Shown: positions 44,223-58,890 of the stretch, piece after piece
How positions within the stretch are numbered: the first letter of the stretch is position 1
Layout: every line of letters begins with the position of its first letter
DNA from: Rebecca billardiae RCC1528
Taxonomy: Eukaryota > Protista > Haptophyta
NCBI GenBank assembly: GCA_965240325.2
Contig: OZ251227.1
Span: 1,922,001-1,986,000, forward strand
Direction: 5' to 3'
Length of the DNA stretch: 64,000 nucleotides
Program-made: the position numbers and the translations under genes
Notes under the pieces: generated by a model
Database searches by the model: none
Seen by the model: only the letters and a program-made list of their open reading frames with translations
Told to the model about the DNA's origin: nothing

Positions 44223-47126
44223 TCAGTTCATCAGCCGGTGATGTGCGCCGGCGCCGGCGTACGTCGCCGCGGCCTGCTGCGCGCCGAAGAGCGCCGCGGC
44301 GTAGTCGTACGCGCCGCTCATCTGCGCGACGGTTGCCGCCGCCTCCTCCTCCTCCTCCGGTGTGAGCTGACGCCCAGCCGGCACCGGCCGCGCCGGACCG
44401 CGCGCCCTCGGCTGCGGCTGGGCGAACGAGAGCGCCGCCGGGCCGCACGCCATCGACATGGCGAGGGCGCCCTCCATCTCGGCAAAGGCCGCGCCGGCGG
44501 CGCTCGCGCCCGGCGAGTAGCTCAGGAGGGTCCGGCCAGTCTCGCGCTGCGGGCGCGGTGGCGTGGCAGCGAGCGGCGCTGACGTAGGCACGCCCGGCGC
44601 GCACTGCGCGAACGCCTGGTGCAAGTGCGCCGGCAGCGCGGCGCACGACGACGGCGGCTGCGGCGGCGCGTGCCCCGAGTACGCGTGCTGCGCCGCCGGC
44701 TGCTGCTGCAGCAGCAGCGCGCTCTCGAGTGACCACCCAGTAGCGGCGCGCGCGCGCTGCGGCAGCGCAGGCTCCCGCGGCTGAGTGCACGCGTGCGCGC
44801 CCGGCACGGCGTACGCGTGGTGCGCGCCGGCGGGCTGGTGCCGCTGCTGGCGGGCCATGCCCGTGGGCATCAGAATCTGGCTCGCCGCAGCGGCGCTGAA
44901 GCCCGCCGCCGCCGTGTCGGCGGCGCCGCCGGCGGCCGAGCATCCGAGAGCGTGCAGCCAGCCGCCGCCGGCCGCGCCGGCCGCGCCCCCGTGCGAGGCG
45001 GTGCGCAGCGCGAGCTGCGAGCAGTGCGCGCCGGCGCAGGGAGAGAGCACGCCGGCGTGCGCGCGGTCCGCCCCGATCTCGTGCCGCGCGGCCGACTCCG
45101 CCCCGAACAGATCGGCACCGCCGGCCTCGTCGTAAGCGCAGCCCGCGAGCAGGGCCCCCGGGCTGCGCGCACTCGGCGCGCGCGCGCTCGCGCGCCGCTC
45201 GCGCTCGGCGCGCTCTGCGGCTGCAGCGTGCGCGCGCACCGCCGCGTCGTACTCCGCTTTGGCCGCGCGGAAGCGCTCCATGCCGGCGCGGTAGTCCTGC
45301 TTGAACCGCTCCTGCTCCGGCGGAGCCAGCGCGTTCCACCGCTCCGCCAGCTTGCACGCAACCGCCGTGGGCGAGATCCGCGGCTCGTCCGCGAGCAGCA
45401 ATGGCCGCCGCTCTGCGCAGAAGCGCAAGAAGGCGGTGCCCGGCCGCTTGGGCGGCGGCGGGAGCGGCGGCAGGCCACCGGCGCCGAGCTGCGCCGCGCG
45501 CGGTGCTGGCGCCGCGGTGGCGTTGGCCGCGCGTGCGTGCCGGCCCTGGGCTGGGCCGGCCGCAGCCGCACCCGTTGGGGGCGGTGCGGACGGCACCGGG
45601 CGGCGGCCGGCCGCGCGCGGCGCGCTCGCGCCACACGTGTGCGCGCGATGCCGCCCGCGGCACGCTGGGCACGGCATCGCCATCGCGCCGTACCGCTGCC
45701 GCCGGTACTCGTAGTACCCCACGCCAGACTCCTTGGTCCAGCCCTGCGGCCGGCCGCGGCTTGCGATCGCCGCTGCACTCTCGCGCTCCTCCGCCGCGCA
45801 CGAGCGCGGCGGCGCGCGCGGCGCGCGCGCGCTGCCGCGCGCGGCGCGCGCGAGGCCGGGGTGCGCCGGCGCGCTCGACGCAAATGGCGGCTGCGCCCGG
45901 CCGCGTGCGCGCGACATGCGCGTGCGCAGCGCGGGCGCAGCGCGCGGGAGCAATGTACTCAGCTGCGCGTGCGCGGCGGTGCGCTTGGCTGCCCGCCCGC
46001 CCATCAGCTGATCGCCCTCGAGCGCACCGCTCGCGCCAGTGTCGTCTTCTGACTCGTCGTCGGATTCGTCGCCGACGTCTTCGAATCCACACTGCGCCAG
46101 GACGATCCGCTCGACCCCGTCCGCGTGAGCCTCGCCCTCGTACAGCTCACCCTCCTCGTACAGCTCCCCCTCCTCCTCCTCCTCCATCCCCTCCTCCTCC
46201 TCCTCGCCGCCAGCCGCATCCGGCGCGATGCATGCGGCCTGGTCGATGGGCGGCGCGTCGATGCGGCCCATGGCGACGGCGTCCTCGTCGAGGGGCGAGA
46301 AGCTCGCGGTGCGCGTGAGGAAGCCGCCGTGGAGCTGCTCATCCACCGCCTCCTCCACCGCGTGCCGCGCGCCCGCCTGCAGCGCGGCTGCTCCGCCCCG
46401 GCCTGTCAGCTCATCAGCGCCGTGCGCAGCGCCGCCGCCGTCGGCGGCCACTGCCGCCTGGAGCGCGGCGCCGAGGCCCAAGCTGGCGGCAGGCTGGGAC
46501 AGCGCGCCCGTCGGGCCCTGGTGCTGCGCGTCCCGCTCGAATGAGCCGGTGCGCGGGGTCACGAGCGTCAGGCCGTGCTCCTGGTCGAGGCCTGGGTCCC
46601 CGGCCAGCTGCGGCGGTGCGTGAGACGACGCCGTGATCGCCGCGGCCGTGTCGTTGCGGGGGTAGCGTGCCGCCGCGCGGACGAGGCGCTCGGAGTGCTC
46701 GGGCGCCTTCTCGTCGGATGCGGCCGGATCCAGGCCTGCCCTCTTGCCCGCCGGAGACTCGGCGAGGAGCAGCTCGTCCTCGCTCGGCAAGAAGGCGGAC
46801 GCCGCGTGATCGTGGCCGCGCGCCCGGCCATGCAGATCTGCTCCACCGCCGTTGAGCATGTCGAAGAGCTCTTGGTGCGGCTCGGCGGCGACAACGCGAG
46901 CGGAGCCTTTGCCCACCGCCCGCGCGAGGTCGTCCCCGTCCGGGCCGATCGCGTACAGAGCGAACGCATCCTCGCCCGCGTGATCAGCGCGCATGCCAAG
47001 CGCTCCGTCCGCGCCGCCCGCGCCGGCAGGAGAGGGGGAGGGGTGCACGGGGCTGGCCGGCGGTGTTCTCGGGTACGTGTCCGGCTTCAGCGTCGCCGGC
47101 CACGGCCCAGCTCCGTCGCTCGCCAT
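44223..47126 (-). CDS. HMG-box protein with a CPACRGRHRAHTC motif
   Basis: PKRPGTAFLRFCAERRP...KLAERWNAL...ERFKQDY...EY; acidic tract; internal introns not excluded. Confidence 0.82.
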   Translation of the reverse strand: MASDGAGPWPATLKPDTYPRTPPASPVHPSPSPAGAGGADGALGMRADHAGEDAFALYAIGPDGDDLARAVGKGSARVVAAEPHQELFDMLNGGGADLHGRARGHDHAASAFLPSEDELLLAESPAGKRAGLDPAASDEKAPEHSERLVRAAARYPRNDTAAAITASSHAPPQLAGDPGLDQEHGLTLVTPRTGSFERDAQHQGPTGALSQPAASLGLGAALQAAVAADGGGAAHGADELTGRGGAAALQAGARHAVEEAVDEQLHGGFLTRTASFSPLDEDAVAMGRIDAPPIDQAACIAPDAAGGEEEEEGMEEEEEGELYEEGELYEGEAHADGVERIVLAQCGFEDVGDESDDESEDDTGASGALEGDQLMGGRAAKRTAAHAQLSTLLPRAAPALRTRMSRARGRAQPPFASSAPAHPGLARAARGSARAPRAPPRSCAAEERESAAAIASRGRPQGWTKESGVGYYEYRRQRYGAMAMPCPACRGRHRAHTCGASAPRAAGRRPVPSAPPPTGAAAAGPAQGRHARAANATAAPAPRAAQLGAGGLPPLPPPPKRPGTAFLRFCAERRPLLLADEPRISPTAVACKLAERWNALAPPEQERFKQDYRAGMERFRAAKAEYDAAVRAHAAAAERAERERRASARAPSARSPGALLAGCAYDEAGGADLFGAESAARHEIGADRAHAGVLSPCAGAHCSQLALRTASHGGAAGAAGGGWLHALGCSAAGGAADTAAAGFSAAAASQILMPTGMARQQRHQPAGAHHAYAVPGAHACTQPREPALPQRARAATGWSLESALLLQQQPAAQHAYSGHAPPQPPSSCAALPAHLHQAFAQCAPGVPTSAPLAATPPRPQRETGRTLLSYSPGASAAGAAFAEMEGALAMSMACGPAALSFAQPQPRARGPARPVPAGRQLTPEEEEEAAATVAQMSGAYDYAAALFGAQQAAATYAGAGAHHRLMN

Positions 47127-47776
47127 GCGCTCGCGACCCGGCCGCCGGTGTGTGTGGAACCCTCCTGGCGTGTAGACGGAGCTTTCCTCCCCTCTTGCCG
47201 GCGGTCGCGGTGCGTCGACCGAAGGGCGTGCCGAGGCGCACGTTCGCTCGGTTCAGCTCGGTCAACGGAGTCAGGGCGGGGCGGTTGCGAGGGCACTTGC
47301 ACCCGCCCCGCAGATGCAGCAGATGACAATCAGTCCGTAATCAGACGCACCTGATTGCCACTTTGCGTTAGGGTTCGTCTGCGGAAGCTGCGTTATGATT
47401 GGTCCTTGTACCAGCAAGCTTCTGGGGAGCCCCTGAAAATGGTTGCTCTAATCATTTCTGAGATGCCGCTTATCAGGCGGTTGGCCTTCAATTAACGCCT
47501 CCAACACACCAGCCTCCTATGTCTGAGTGTCCAGGACACACTCAATTTCATCTGACGTCGCACCCGGAACACTCTCGCAGTCTTTCCGTCCGCGAATGAT
47601 ATCAGGTCTGGAGTTCAAGGCTAGCAAGTTTGTACGGCCCTTCGTTCAAGAGTATTCATCACATTCGCGGGGTATCCGTGATGAGTAAAACCGTTGACAC
47701 AAATGCAACGACCAGGACTCTGCACTGAACGCTCCACCGGACTCAACGAGCCACTCGGACTGGAGGGGATCGATCG

Positions 47777-49699
47777 ATGGCGACCAACGAGGCCACGACG
47801 GTGTTCCGCCTCCTGTCTTCCCCCGCCTCGGGGGGAGGGGCGCACATCGCGGAGGATGTCTTCTGCGAGTACCTGTCGCCACCGCTCCTCCCTGATCTCG
47901 GCGTAGCGCTCTGGCGTCGTTTCGTCGAGCGGCCGGCGGCGACACACCAACGCGCGGCGGCAGCCGAGCCATCGCGCACGCCAAAGCCGCGCATCGGCCT
48001 GTCGTTGCCCCTCCCCAGCGGCGTGCTCGGATTCGCGGGCGCGGCGTCTCAGCCGCCCGCAGCCTCCGCCCCCGCCGACGCGCCTCGCATGTCGCACCGC
48101 GTCTTCGTGCGCGGCGTCGCCGCGCTCGTCGGCGAGCCGAGCGCCGAGCGCCGACTCGAGGAGCTCTTCGACGTGCTGCTGCCAGCGCCCGGCGGCGGCG
48201 CGGCGGCGCACGCGGCGGCGTCCGCTCGCGCTGCGGCTGAGCGCGACGTGGCCGCCGTGCTCGCCCGCGCGTACACGCTCGACACCGGCGCCGCCCCGGC
48301 GGACGTCGGTGTGTTCCGGTGCGCCGCGATGGCCGCGGCGCCGTACTTTGCCGCCGCCGTCCTCGACGACGAGCCGGCGGCGCCGGCGCGCACGTTCGCG
48401 CGCTGGGCGGCGGGCGCGCTGCCAGGGCTGACCGACGTGCTGCGCCGCCACGTCGAGCGCCTCTGCGCCTCGCAGCCCGCCATCGGCTCGGCGATGGACA
48501 CGCGCGAGCGCCGCGGCCTCGGAGAGCCTCCGCCTGAGCTCACACTGGGCGAGCTGCTCCGCCTCGACTCGGACGCGCTGCGGGCGCACCTCGCGCGCGC
48601 GAACCGGCGCGCGACGCCGCGGGACGGCGGCTCGGCGCCGGAGCCGCTGCTCCGGCCGGCGGAAGGCGCGCCCGACCCAGCGGCCGTCGGCGCGGCGGGC
48701 GCGGACGCCTCGCCTGACGCCGCGCCCGCCGCCGCCGCCGCCACGCCCGCCGAGGGTGGCCGTAGCGGCCCGTCGTCCGGCCCCGCCGCGGGCAGCGCCG
48801 AGGGCGGCTCGCTGCTCGGCGCCGAGGCGCTGTGGGTCCTGCGCCTGGCGCTCGAGCTGCGCACGCCCGACGCGGACGGCGCATGCGACGCCGACGAGGG
48901 CGGCGGCGGCGCCGCCGGCCGCGGCGAGTGGAGCTGCCTCTTCGACTCGCGCGTGCACGGCTGCTCGCTGCACACGCTGGTCGATCGCACCGCCGGGTAC
49001 GGCGACGGCGCGACCGCCGAGATTGAGCGCGGCCAGCTGCTCGTGTGCGCGGCGAGCGGCCACGTCTTCGGCCTGTGGGCCGACCGCGGCCTCGCGCCGA
49101 CGGCGAGCGCAGACTTCAGCGGCAGCGAGGGCTGCGCGCTCGTGCGGCTGCGGCCCAGCCTCCTCGTCTGCCGCTCCCGGCGCAAGCTCGCGGCGAGCGC
49201 AGCCGACGGCGCGGCGCAGCACGCCGCGTCGCTCGTGAGCCGCGCGTCCAGCGCGGCGAGCGCGCGCCGCCGCGGCGAGGCCGTCGCCGCGCCGACGGAC
49301 GCCAACTTCGTTCTGGTGAGCAACAAGCGCGGCCACCGGCGCGGCATCAGCATCGGCGGCACGCTCGCCGAGCCGCGGCTCTTCCTCGCGCCCTCGCTCG
49401 AGCGCGGCGCCTCGGGCGGCGCGTGCGATACGTTCGAGGAGGGCCTGATCGCGCCGGGGGAGGAGTTCGCACTGGACGCGGTGGAGGTGTGGGCGTGCGG
49501 CGGACGCGCGGCGCGGCGCGCGCAGAGCGAGTGGCGCGAGGGGCAGGCGGAGCAGCGCAGGCGCACGATGCGCGCCTTCCTCAAGTCGGAGGTGGACGGC
49601 GAGGAGAAGGGCGTGGTCGACGGCATGGGCAAGGAGGACAAGTGGATGATGTCGCTCATGCGCTTCACGGGCAAGTTCGGGCAGGCGGACGCGTACTGA
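47777..49699 (+). CDS. TLDc-domain protein (MEAK7/OXR1-like)
   Basis: WSCLFDSRVHGCSLHTL...GHVFG...FSGSEGCALVRLRP...GISIGG...CDTF...EFALDAVEVW. Confidence 0.88.
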   Translation: MATNEATTVFRLLSSPASGGGAHIAEDVFCEYLSPPLLPDLGVALWRRFVERPAATHQRAAAAEPSRTPKPRIGLSLPLPSGVLGFAGAASQPPAASAPADAPRMSHRVFVRGVAALVGEPSAERRLEELFDVLLPAPGGGAAAHAAASARAAAERDVAAVLARAYTLDTGAAPADVGVFRCAAMAAAPYFAAAVLDDEPAAPARTFARWAAGALPGLTDVLRRHVERLCASQPAIGSAMDTRERRGLGEPPPELTLGELLRLDSDALRAHLARANRRATPRDGGSAPEPLLRPAEGAPDPAAVGAAGADASPDAAPAAAAATPAEGGRSGPSSGPAAGSAEGGSLLGAEALWVLRLALELRTPDADGACDADEGGGGAAGRGEWSCLFDSRVHGCSLHTLVDRTAGYGDGATAEIERGQLLVCAASGHVFGLWADRGLAPTASADFSGSEGCALVRLRPSLLVCRSRRKLAASAADGAAQHAASLVSRASSAASARRRGEAVAAPTDANFVLVSNKRGHRRGISIGGTLAEPRLFLAPSLERGASGGACDTFEEGLIAPGEEFALDAVEVWACGGRAARRAQSEWREGQAEQRRRTMRAFLKSEVDGEEKGVVDGMGKEDKWMMSLMRFTGKFGQADAY

Positions 49700-49775
49700 T
49701 GTAGTAGTAGTGCGGTAAGTGCCGCGAGGCGCCGACGGCCCGCGCCACGCCAATGAGTCCGCGCTTCGGCACTTA

Positions 49776-49826
<51 letters not shown>

Positions 49827-49940
49827 GCTACCGTGTCCTGAATCAGTGACCGACCGCCCCGATACGCCGTTACGCGCGCCGCTTACGTTACTCGGCATCA
49901 ATATCATCACATCCGTGGATTTACACTAATCACTACTGTG

Positions 49941-51839
<1,899 letters not shown>

Positions 51840-51845
51840 ATATAT

Positions 51846-52696
51846 GTCTAGCCGTCCTCGAAGCGCCTGCGCCATCCAGATCGGCAGCGAGGAGGCGAGG
51901 CACACGCCGGGCAGGGCGGAGCCACGCGGCGAGATACCAGACTTTACACATTGCTGTATCATATGGGATTTTGTTCCTCGGAAACAAAGTGCGAGCGGCA
52001 GCCAGCGCTCGGGCCGAGCGCGCGGCAGGACTGGCCGCTCGACGCCGACAGACGCGCGGTGTGATGGATCTCCGCGCGCCGGCCCGCAGACTGAGAGAGC
52101 GAGCAGCATGCCAAACCGAGGAGTGGCATCGACGGCGGAGGGCGCACCGCGCCGACGCAGCAGCAAAGGTGCCAGGCAACAAGCAGGCAACAGCAGGGGC
52201 GGGCGGGCGGGGCAGCTTGGAAGGCGCAGCTCGAGAGCCGCCAAGCCGCACGAGAGCAAGGCACGAAGCACCATCGTGCAGAGGGCATCGCGAAGATGCG
52301 GGCCGGAAACAGCTGCAGCCATCATGCCAGTGGGCACTTCCGAAGGGCGTTCGCTGCGAGTGAGCGAGAGGCACTGGACTGCGTCGGTTCGCTCGGCGCC
52401 TGATGATAAAACCCAGTTCACCAATTGGCCGTCCTGTGCCGCCGCCAACCTTGCCTATTTGCCTCAAGCCCAGGAGCATCACAGCAAAGTAGGTTGTTCG
52501 GGGTCGTTGTGCGAGCGCACAGAGCAGGCTCGAAAGTCCCTCGTGGCACGAGAAGAGGGTGGCCAAGATGATGGCACTGGCAGCCCGACTTGAGCTCGGC
52601 CGCCTGGCTCGGGCCGAATGGCAGGCAGGTGTTGATACGGCGCATTGCGCTCCCACCGTCCTCTTAGACAATCAGTTATTGTGCCAATAACCCCAC
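51846..52696 (+). mobile_element. Family G element G2 (851 bp)
   Basis: Starts GTCTAGCC; ends TAGACAATCA-GTTATTG-TGC-CAATAAC-CCCAC. Confidence 0.85.
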
Positions 52697-53259
52697 GTCT
52701 AGCCGTCCTCGAAGCGCCTGCGCCATCCAGATCGGCAGCGAGGAGGCGAGGCACACGCCGGGCAGGGCGGAGCCACGCGGCGAGATACCAGACTTTACAC
52801 ATTGCTGTATCATATGGGATTTTGTTCCTCGGAAACAAAGTGCGAGCGGCAGCCAGCGCTCGGGCCGAGCGCGCGGCAGGACTGGCCGCTCGACGCCGAC
52901 AGACGCGCGGTGTGATGGATCCCATTTGTGGTTGTATTGGAGGGTGGTCCGCGCGTCGAGGTTGAAGAGGAAATCCCATAAATAAAGGTGGACAAAGTGG
53001 GGAAGGCAACCAGGCGAGGACGAGACTGGCAGTGGATGCGGCCCACCCGCCCAGGACCGGACCCAGCCAAAGGCAAGCACGGCAGAGGCAGCTGCGAACG
53101 ACGGCGTCACAAAGCCCAGAGCGACGAGTGCCAGTGGAGCGGGCGGTCGAGCCAGTGAACCAAACGCATGGAGCGGCGAGCGACTAGAGCGCGGAGCGAG
53201 ACCAAAGACGTCGCCAGCACGAGAGGCCAGACTGGGGGAGCCACTTGGGGTGGTCAGCA

Positions 53260-54227
53260 CGCACGACCCGAGGGCCGCGCGCGCCAGCCACGTGCCGGAT
53301 GCATGGGGGCCAAGGGTAGCCGGCACACACGACCTGAGGGCCGCGCGCGCCAGCCACGGGCTGGATGCATGGGGGCCAAGGGTAGCCGGCACACACGACC
53401 CGAGGGCCGCGCGCGCCGGCCGGATGCATGGGGGCCAAGGGTAGCCGGCACACACGACCCGAGGGCCGCGCGCGCCGGCCACGGGCCGGATGCATGGGGG
53501 CCGAGGGTAGCAGGCACACACGACCCGAGGGCCGCGCGCGCCGGCCACGGGCCGGATGCATGGGGGCCAAGGGTAGCCGGCACACACGACCCGAGGGCCG
53601 CGCGCGCCGGCCACGGGCCGGATGCATGGGGGCCAAGGGTAGCCGGCACACACGACCCGAGGGCCGCGCGCGCCGGCCACGGGCCGGATGCATGGGGGCC
53701 AAGGGTAGCCGGCACACACGACCCGAGGGCCGCGCGCGCCGGCCACGGGCCGGATGCATGGGGGCCAAGGGTAGCCGGCACACACGACCCGAGGGCCGCG
53801 CGCGCCGGCCACGGGCCGGATGCATGGGGGCCAAGGGTAGCCGGCACACACGACCCGAGGGCCGCGCGCGCCAGCCACGGGCTGGATGCATGGGGGCCAA
53901 GGGTAGCCGGCACACACGACCCGAGGGCCGCGCGCGCCGGCCACGGGCCGGATGCATGGGGGCCAAGGGTAGCCGGCACACACGACCCGAGGGCCGCGCG
54001 CGCCGGCCACGGGCCGGATGCATGGGGGCCAAGGGTAGCCGGCACACACGACCCGAGGGCCGCGCGCGCCGGCCACGGGCCGGATGCATGGGGGCCAAGG
54101 GTAGCCGGCACACACGACCTGAGGGCCGCGCGCGCCGGCCACGGGCCGGATGCATGGGGGCCAAGGGTAGCCGGCACACACGACCTGAGGGCCGCGCGCG
54201 CCAGCCACGGGCCGGATGCATGGGGGC
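53260..54227. repeat. 66-bp tandem minisatellite, about 15 copies
   Basis: Unit cacacgacccgagggccgcgcgcgccggccacgggccggatgcatgggggccaagggtagccggca. Confidence 0.95.
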
Positions 54228-54229
54228 TC

Positions 54230-57200
54230 CGCCACCGCACGCCGTGGCGGCAGCAGCGGGCGGCGAGCCGTCGAGGCAGGAGCGCTGCGGCAGCGAGCGC
54301 GCCGGCCGGCCGCGCGGCCGCAGGCTGCCGAGCTCAGCTGCGCGAGCGCGCGCGCGCCCTGCCGCGGGCGAGCGGCAGCGGGCGACGGCGCGAGCGGAGC
54401 GGGCGGCGAGCACGGCCACGCCAAGTGCGAGCGGCACCGCCACCGCGCGCCGTGGCTGCAGCAGCGGGCGGCGAGCCGTAGCGGAGCGGGCGGCGAGCAC
54501 AGCCACGCCGAGTGCGAGCGGCACCGCCACCGCGCGCCGTGGCTGCAGCAGCGGGCGGCGAGTTGTAGCGGAGCCGGCGGCGAGCACAGCCACGCCGAGT
54601 GCGAGCGGCACCGCCACCGCGCGCCGTGGCTGCAGCAGCGGGCGGCGAGCCGTCGAGGCAGGGGCGCTGTGGCAGCGAGCGCGCCGGCCGGCTGCACGGC
54701 CGCAGGCGAGCTGCGCGAGCGCGCGCGCGCCCTGCTGCGGGCGAGCGGCAGCGGGCGGCGGCGCGAGCGGAGCGGGCGGCGAGCACGGCCACGCCGAGTG
54801 CGAGCGGCACAGCCACCGCGCGCCGTGGCTGCAGCAGCGGGCGGCGAGCCGTCGAGGCAGGAGCGCTGTGGCAGCGAGCGCGCCGGCCGGCTGCGCGGCC
54901 GCAGGCGAGCTGCGCGAGCGCGCGCGCGCCCTGCTGCGGGCGAGCGGCAGCGGGCGGCGGCGCGAACGGAGCGGGCGGCGAGCACGGCCACACCGAGTGC
55001 GAGCGGCACCGCCACTGCGCGCCGTGGCTGCAGCAGCGGGCGGCGAGCCGTCGAGGCAGGAGCGCTGTGGCAGCGAGCGCGCCGGCCGGCTGCGCGGCCG
55101 CAGGCGAGCTGCGCGAGCGCGCGCGCGCCCTGCTGCGGGCGAGCGGCAGCGGGCGGCGGCGCGAACGGAACGGGCGGCGAGCATGGCCAAGCCGAGTGCG
55201 AGCGGCACCGCCACCGCGCGCCGTGGCGGCAGCAGCGGGCGGCGAGCCGTCGAGGCAGGAGCGCTGCGGCAGCGAGCGCGCCGGCCGGCCGCACGGCTGA
55301 GGCTGCTGAGCTGCGCGAGCGCGCGCGCGCCCTGCTGCGGGCGAGCGGCAGCGGGCGGCGGCGCGAGCGGAGCGGGCGGCGAGCACGCGCGAGCGGCACC
55401 GCCACCGCACGCCGTGGCGGCAGCAGCGGGCGGCGAGCCGTCGCGGCAGGAGCGCAGCAGCAGCGAGCGCGCCGGCCGGCCGCACGGCTGAGGCTGCTGA
55501 GCTGCGCGAGCGCGCGCGCGCCCTGCTGCGGGCGAGCGGCAGCGGGCGGCGGCGCGAGCGGAGCGGGCGGCGAGCACGCGCGAGCGGCACCGCCACCGCA
55601 CGCCGTGGCGGCAGCAGCGGGCGGCGAGCCGTCGCGGCAGGAGCGCAGCAGCAGCGAGCGCGCCGGCCGGCCGCACGGCTGAGGCTGCTGAGCTGCGCGA
55701 GCGCGCGCGCGCCCTGCCGCGGGCGAGCGGCAGCGGGCGACGGCGCGAGCGGAGCGGGCGGCGAGCACAGCCACGCCAAGTGCGAGCGGCACCGCCACCG
55801 CGCGCCGTGGCTGCAGCAGCGGGCGGCGAGCCGTAGCGGAGCGGGCGGCGAGCACGGCCACGGCAAGTGCGAGCGGCACCGCCACCGCGCGCCGTGGCTG
55901 CAGCAGCGGGCGGCGAGCCGTCGAGGCGGGAGCGCTGCGGCAGCGAGCGCGCCGGCCGGCCGCGCGGCCGCAGGCGAGCTGCGCGAGCGCGCGCGCGCCC
56001 TGCTGCGGGCGAGCGGCAGCGGGCGGCGGCGCGAACGGAACGGGCGGCGAGCACGGCCACGCCGAGTGCGAGCGGCACCGCCTCCGCGCGCCGTAGCTGC
56101 AGCAGCGGGCGGCGAGCCGTCGAGGCAGGAGCGCTGCGGTAGCGAGCGCGCCGGCCGGCCGCACGGCTGAGGCTGCTGAGCCGCGCGAGCGCGCACTGCC
56201 CTGCTGCGGGCGAGCGGCAGCGGGCGGCGGCGCGAGCGGAGCGGGCGGCGAGCACGCGCGAGCGGCACCGCCATCGCACGCCGTGGCTGCAGCAGCAGGC
56301 GGCGAGCCGTCGAGGCGGGAGCGCTGCGGCAGCGAGCGCGCCGGCCGGCCGCGCGGCCGAGGCTGCTGAGCTGCGCGAACGCGCGCGCGCCCTGCTGCGG
56401 GCGAGCGGCAGCGGGCGGCGAGCACGGCCACGTCGAGTGCGAGCGGCACCGCCACCGCGCGCCGTGGCAGCAGCAGCGGGCGGCGAGCCGTCAAGGCAGG
56501 AGCGCTGTGGCAGTGAGCGCGCCGGCCGGCTGCGCGGCCGCAGGCGAGCTGCGCGAGCGCGCGCGCGCCCTGCCGCGGGCGAGCGGCAGCGGGCGACGGC
56601 GCGAGCGGAGCGGGCGGCGAGTACGTGCGAGCGGCACCACTACCGTGCGCCGTGGCGGCAGCAGCGGGCGGCGAGCCGTCGAGGCGGGAGCGCTGCGGCA
56701 GCGAGCGCGCCGGCCGGCCGCGCGGCTGAGGCTGCTGAGCCGCGCGAGCGCGCGCTGCCCTGCTGCGGGCGAGCGGCAGCGGGCGGCGGCGCGAGCGGAG
56801 CGGGCGGCGAGCACGTGCGAGCGGCACCACCTTCGGCACGAGGGCAGCTGAGAAACAGCACGCAGCCGAACAGCTTGCCAGAGGGCTGGGGATCCAGCTG
56901 GCAGCTGGCTCGCCGAAACCGAGGGCGAGCGGCGTCGTGCGCCGCGCGTCTATGAGCGCGCGGGCAGCAGGCGGCTGTCGAGCGGCGCGGGCGCGAGCTC
57001 GCGCCTGCGCGGGCGAGCGGCGGCGAGCGGCGGCGAGCGTAGAGCGAGTAGCGAACGCAGCGCGCCGACTGCGAGCGGCGCAGCCACCGTGCCGCGAGGC
57101 GACGACGGCGGAGCGAGCCGACGAGGCATGTGCGCGCCGCGCGTCGATGAGCGCGCGGGCAGCAGGCGGCTGTCGAGCGGCGCGGGCGCGAGCTCGCGCC

Positions 57201-57720
57201 TGCGCGGGCGAGCGGCGGCGAGCGGCGGCGAGCGTAGAGCGAGTAGCGAACGCAGCGCGCCGACTGCGAGCGGCGCAGCCACCGTGCCGCGAGGCGACGG
57301 CGGCGGAGCGAGCCGACGAGGCATGTGCGCGCCGCGCGTCTATGAGCGCGCGGGCAGCAGGCTGCTGTCAAGCGGCGCGGGCGCGCGCTCGCTCATGCGC
57401 GGGCGAGCGGCAACGAGCGGCGGCGTGCGGCGGCGAGTGGAGAGCGTGTAGCGAACGCAACGCGCCGACTGCGAGCGGCGCAGCCACCGTGCCGCGAGGC
57501 GAGGACGGCGGAGCGAGCCGACGAGGCACGTGCGCGCCGCGCGTCGATGAGCGCGCGGGCAGCAGGCGGCTGTCGAGCGGCGCGGGCGCGAGCTCGCGCC
57601 TGCGCGGGCGAGCGGCGGCGAGCGGCGGCGAGCGTAGAGCGAGTAGCGAACGCAGCGCGCCGACTGCGAGCGGCGCAGCCACCGTGCCGCGAGGCGACGG
57701 CGGCGGAGCGAGCCGACGAG
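54230..57720. repeat. GC-rich tandem arrays: modular ~190-bp unit (54230-56830) and 195-205-bp unit x4 (~56940-57720)
   Basis: Recurrent gcgagcggcaccgccaccgc and tgagcgcgcgggcagcaggc (56953, 57148, 57343, 57548). Confidence 0.9.
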
Positions 57721-58270
57721 AGGCGCAGCTCGAGAGCCGCCAAGCCGCACGAGAGCAAGGCACGAAGCACCAAAGGCACGAAGCACCATCAGCTTGGAAG
57801 GCGCAGCTCGAGAGCCGCCAAGCCGCACGAGAGCAAGGCACGAAGCACCATCGTGCAGAGGGCATCGCGAAGATGCGGGCCGGAAACAGCTGCAGCCATC
57901 ATGCCAGTGGGCACTTCCGAAGGGCGTTCGCTGCGAGTGAGCGAGAGGCACTGGACTGCGTCGGTTCGCTCGGCGCCTGATGATAAAACCCAGTTCACCA
58001 ATTGGCCGTCCTGTGCCGCCGCCAACCTTGCCTATTTGCCTCAAGCCCAGGAGCATCACAGCAAAGTAGGTTGTTCGGGGTCGTTGTGCGAGCGCACAGA
58101 GCAGGCTCGAAAGTCCCTCGTGGCACGAGAAGAGGGTGGCCAAGATGATGGCACTGGCAGCCCGACTTGAGCTCGGCCGCCTGGCTCGGGCCGAATGGCA
58201 GGCAGGTGTTGATACGGCGCATTGCGCTCCCACCGTCCTCTTAGACAATCAGTTATTGTGCCAATAACCC

Positions 58271-58396
<126 letters not shown>

Positions 58397-58400
58397 TCGC

Positions 58401-58890
58401 GCATCTGCAGCAGCCCGCCGGCGGGCTGGGCTGCGACATCGACTACCACCTCATCTGCTTCATCGCCCAGAGCGCGCTAGGCGGCGCGCTCACTCTCCAA
58501 GCCCCTCTTCTGCAGCTGCGCGCCGCTTGGCCGGCGCGCGGCGACGCGTACTACGACGACCTCATCCTCATCCAGGCGCCCACGCGGGCGCACGGGGGCG
58601 ACAGCCGCGGCTGCCGCTTGCCGGAGCTGCTCGCCGCTAGGTCGGCGGGCGGCGACATCGACTACGACCTCACCCTCATCCAAGTGCTCCGGAAGGCGCT
58701 CGGCCGCGGCGGCATCTGCCGTCGCCGCCGCGTGCCCCAGGCCGAGGCGGTGCTCCATCCCGGCCCCGCTCCCGTAGGGGGGCAGGGCTGCGGGTGGCGC
58801 ACTGTCTGACCTGGACGGAAGGCGCGGACGCATTCTATGTGTCTGTTGCGCTCTGAGCCTGACGCTTGTCCGATGCTGCCACGTCGTTAA
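58401..58890 (+). mobile_element. Retroposed-like fragment with a 13-bp target-site duplication
   Basis: atatatcagtcgc at 58388-58400 and 58891-58903; carries the 3' part of an ORF (stop 58809) plus trailer ending GTCGTTAA; second copy at 6443-6638. Confidence 0.75.

Noticed and set aside
53260-54227. Regular 66-bp array as a CRISPR array
   Set aside because: Units are contiguous and near-identical with no unique spacers; no cas genes; eukaryotic context
52676-56839. 1387-aa, 1031-aa and other very long ORFs
   Set aside because: Open in several frames on both strands because the GC-rich satellite lacks stop codons; no domain signal
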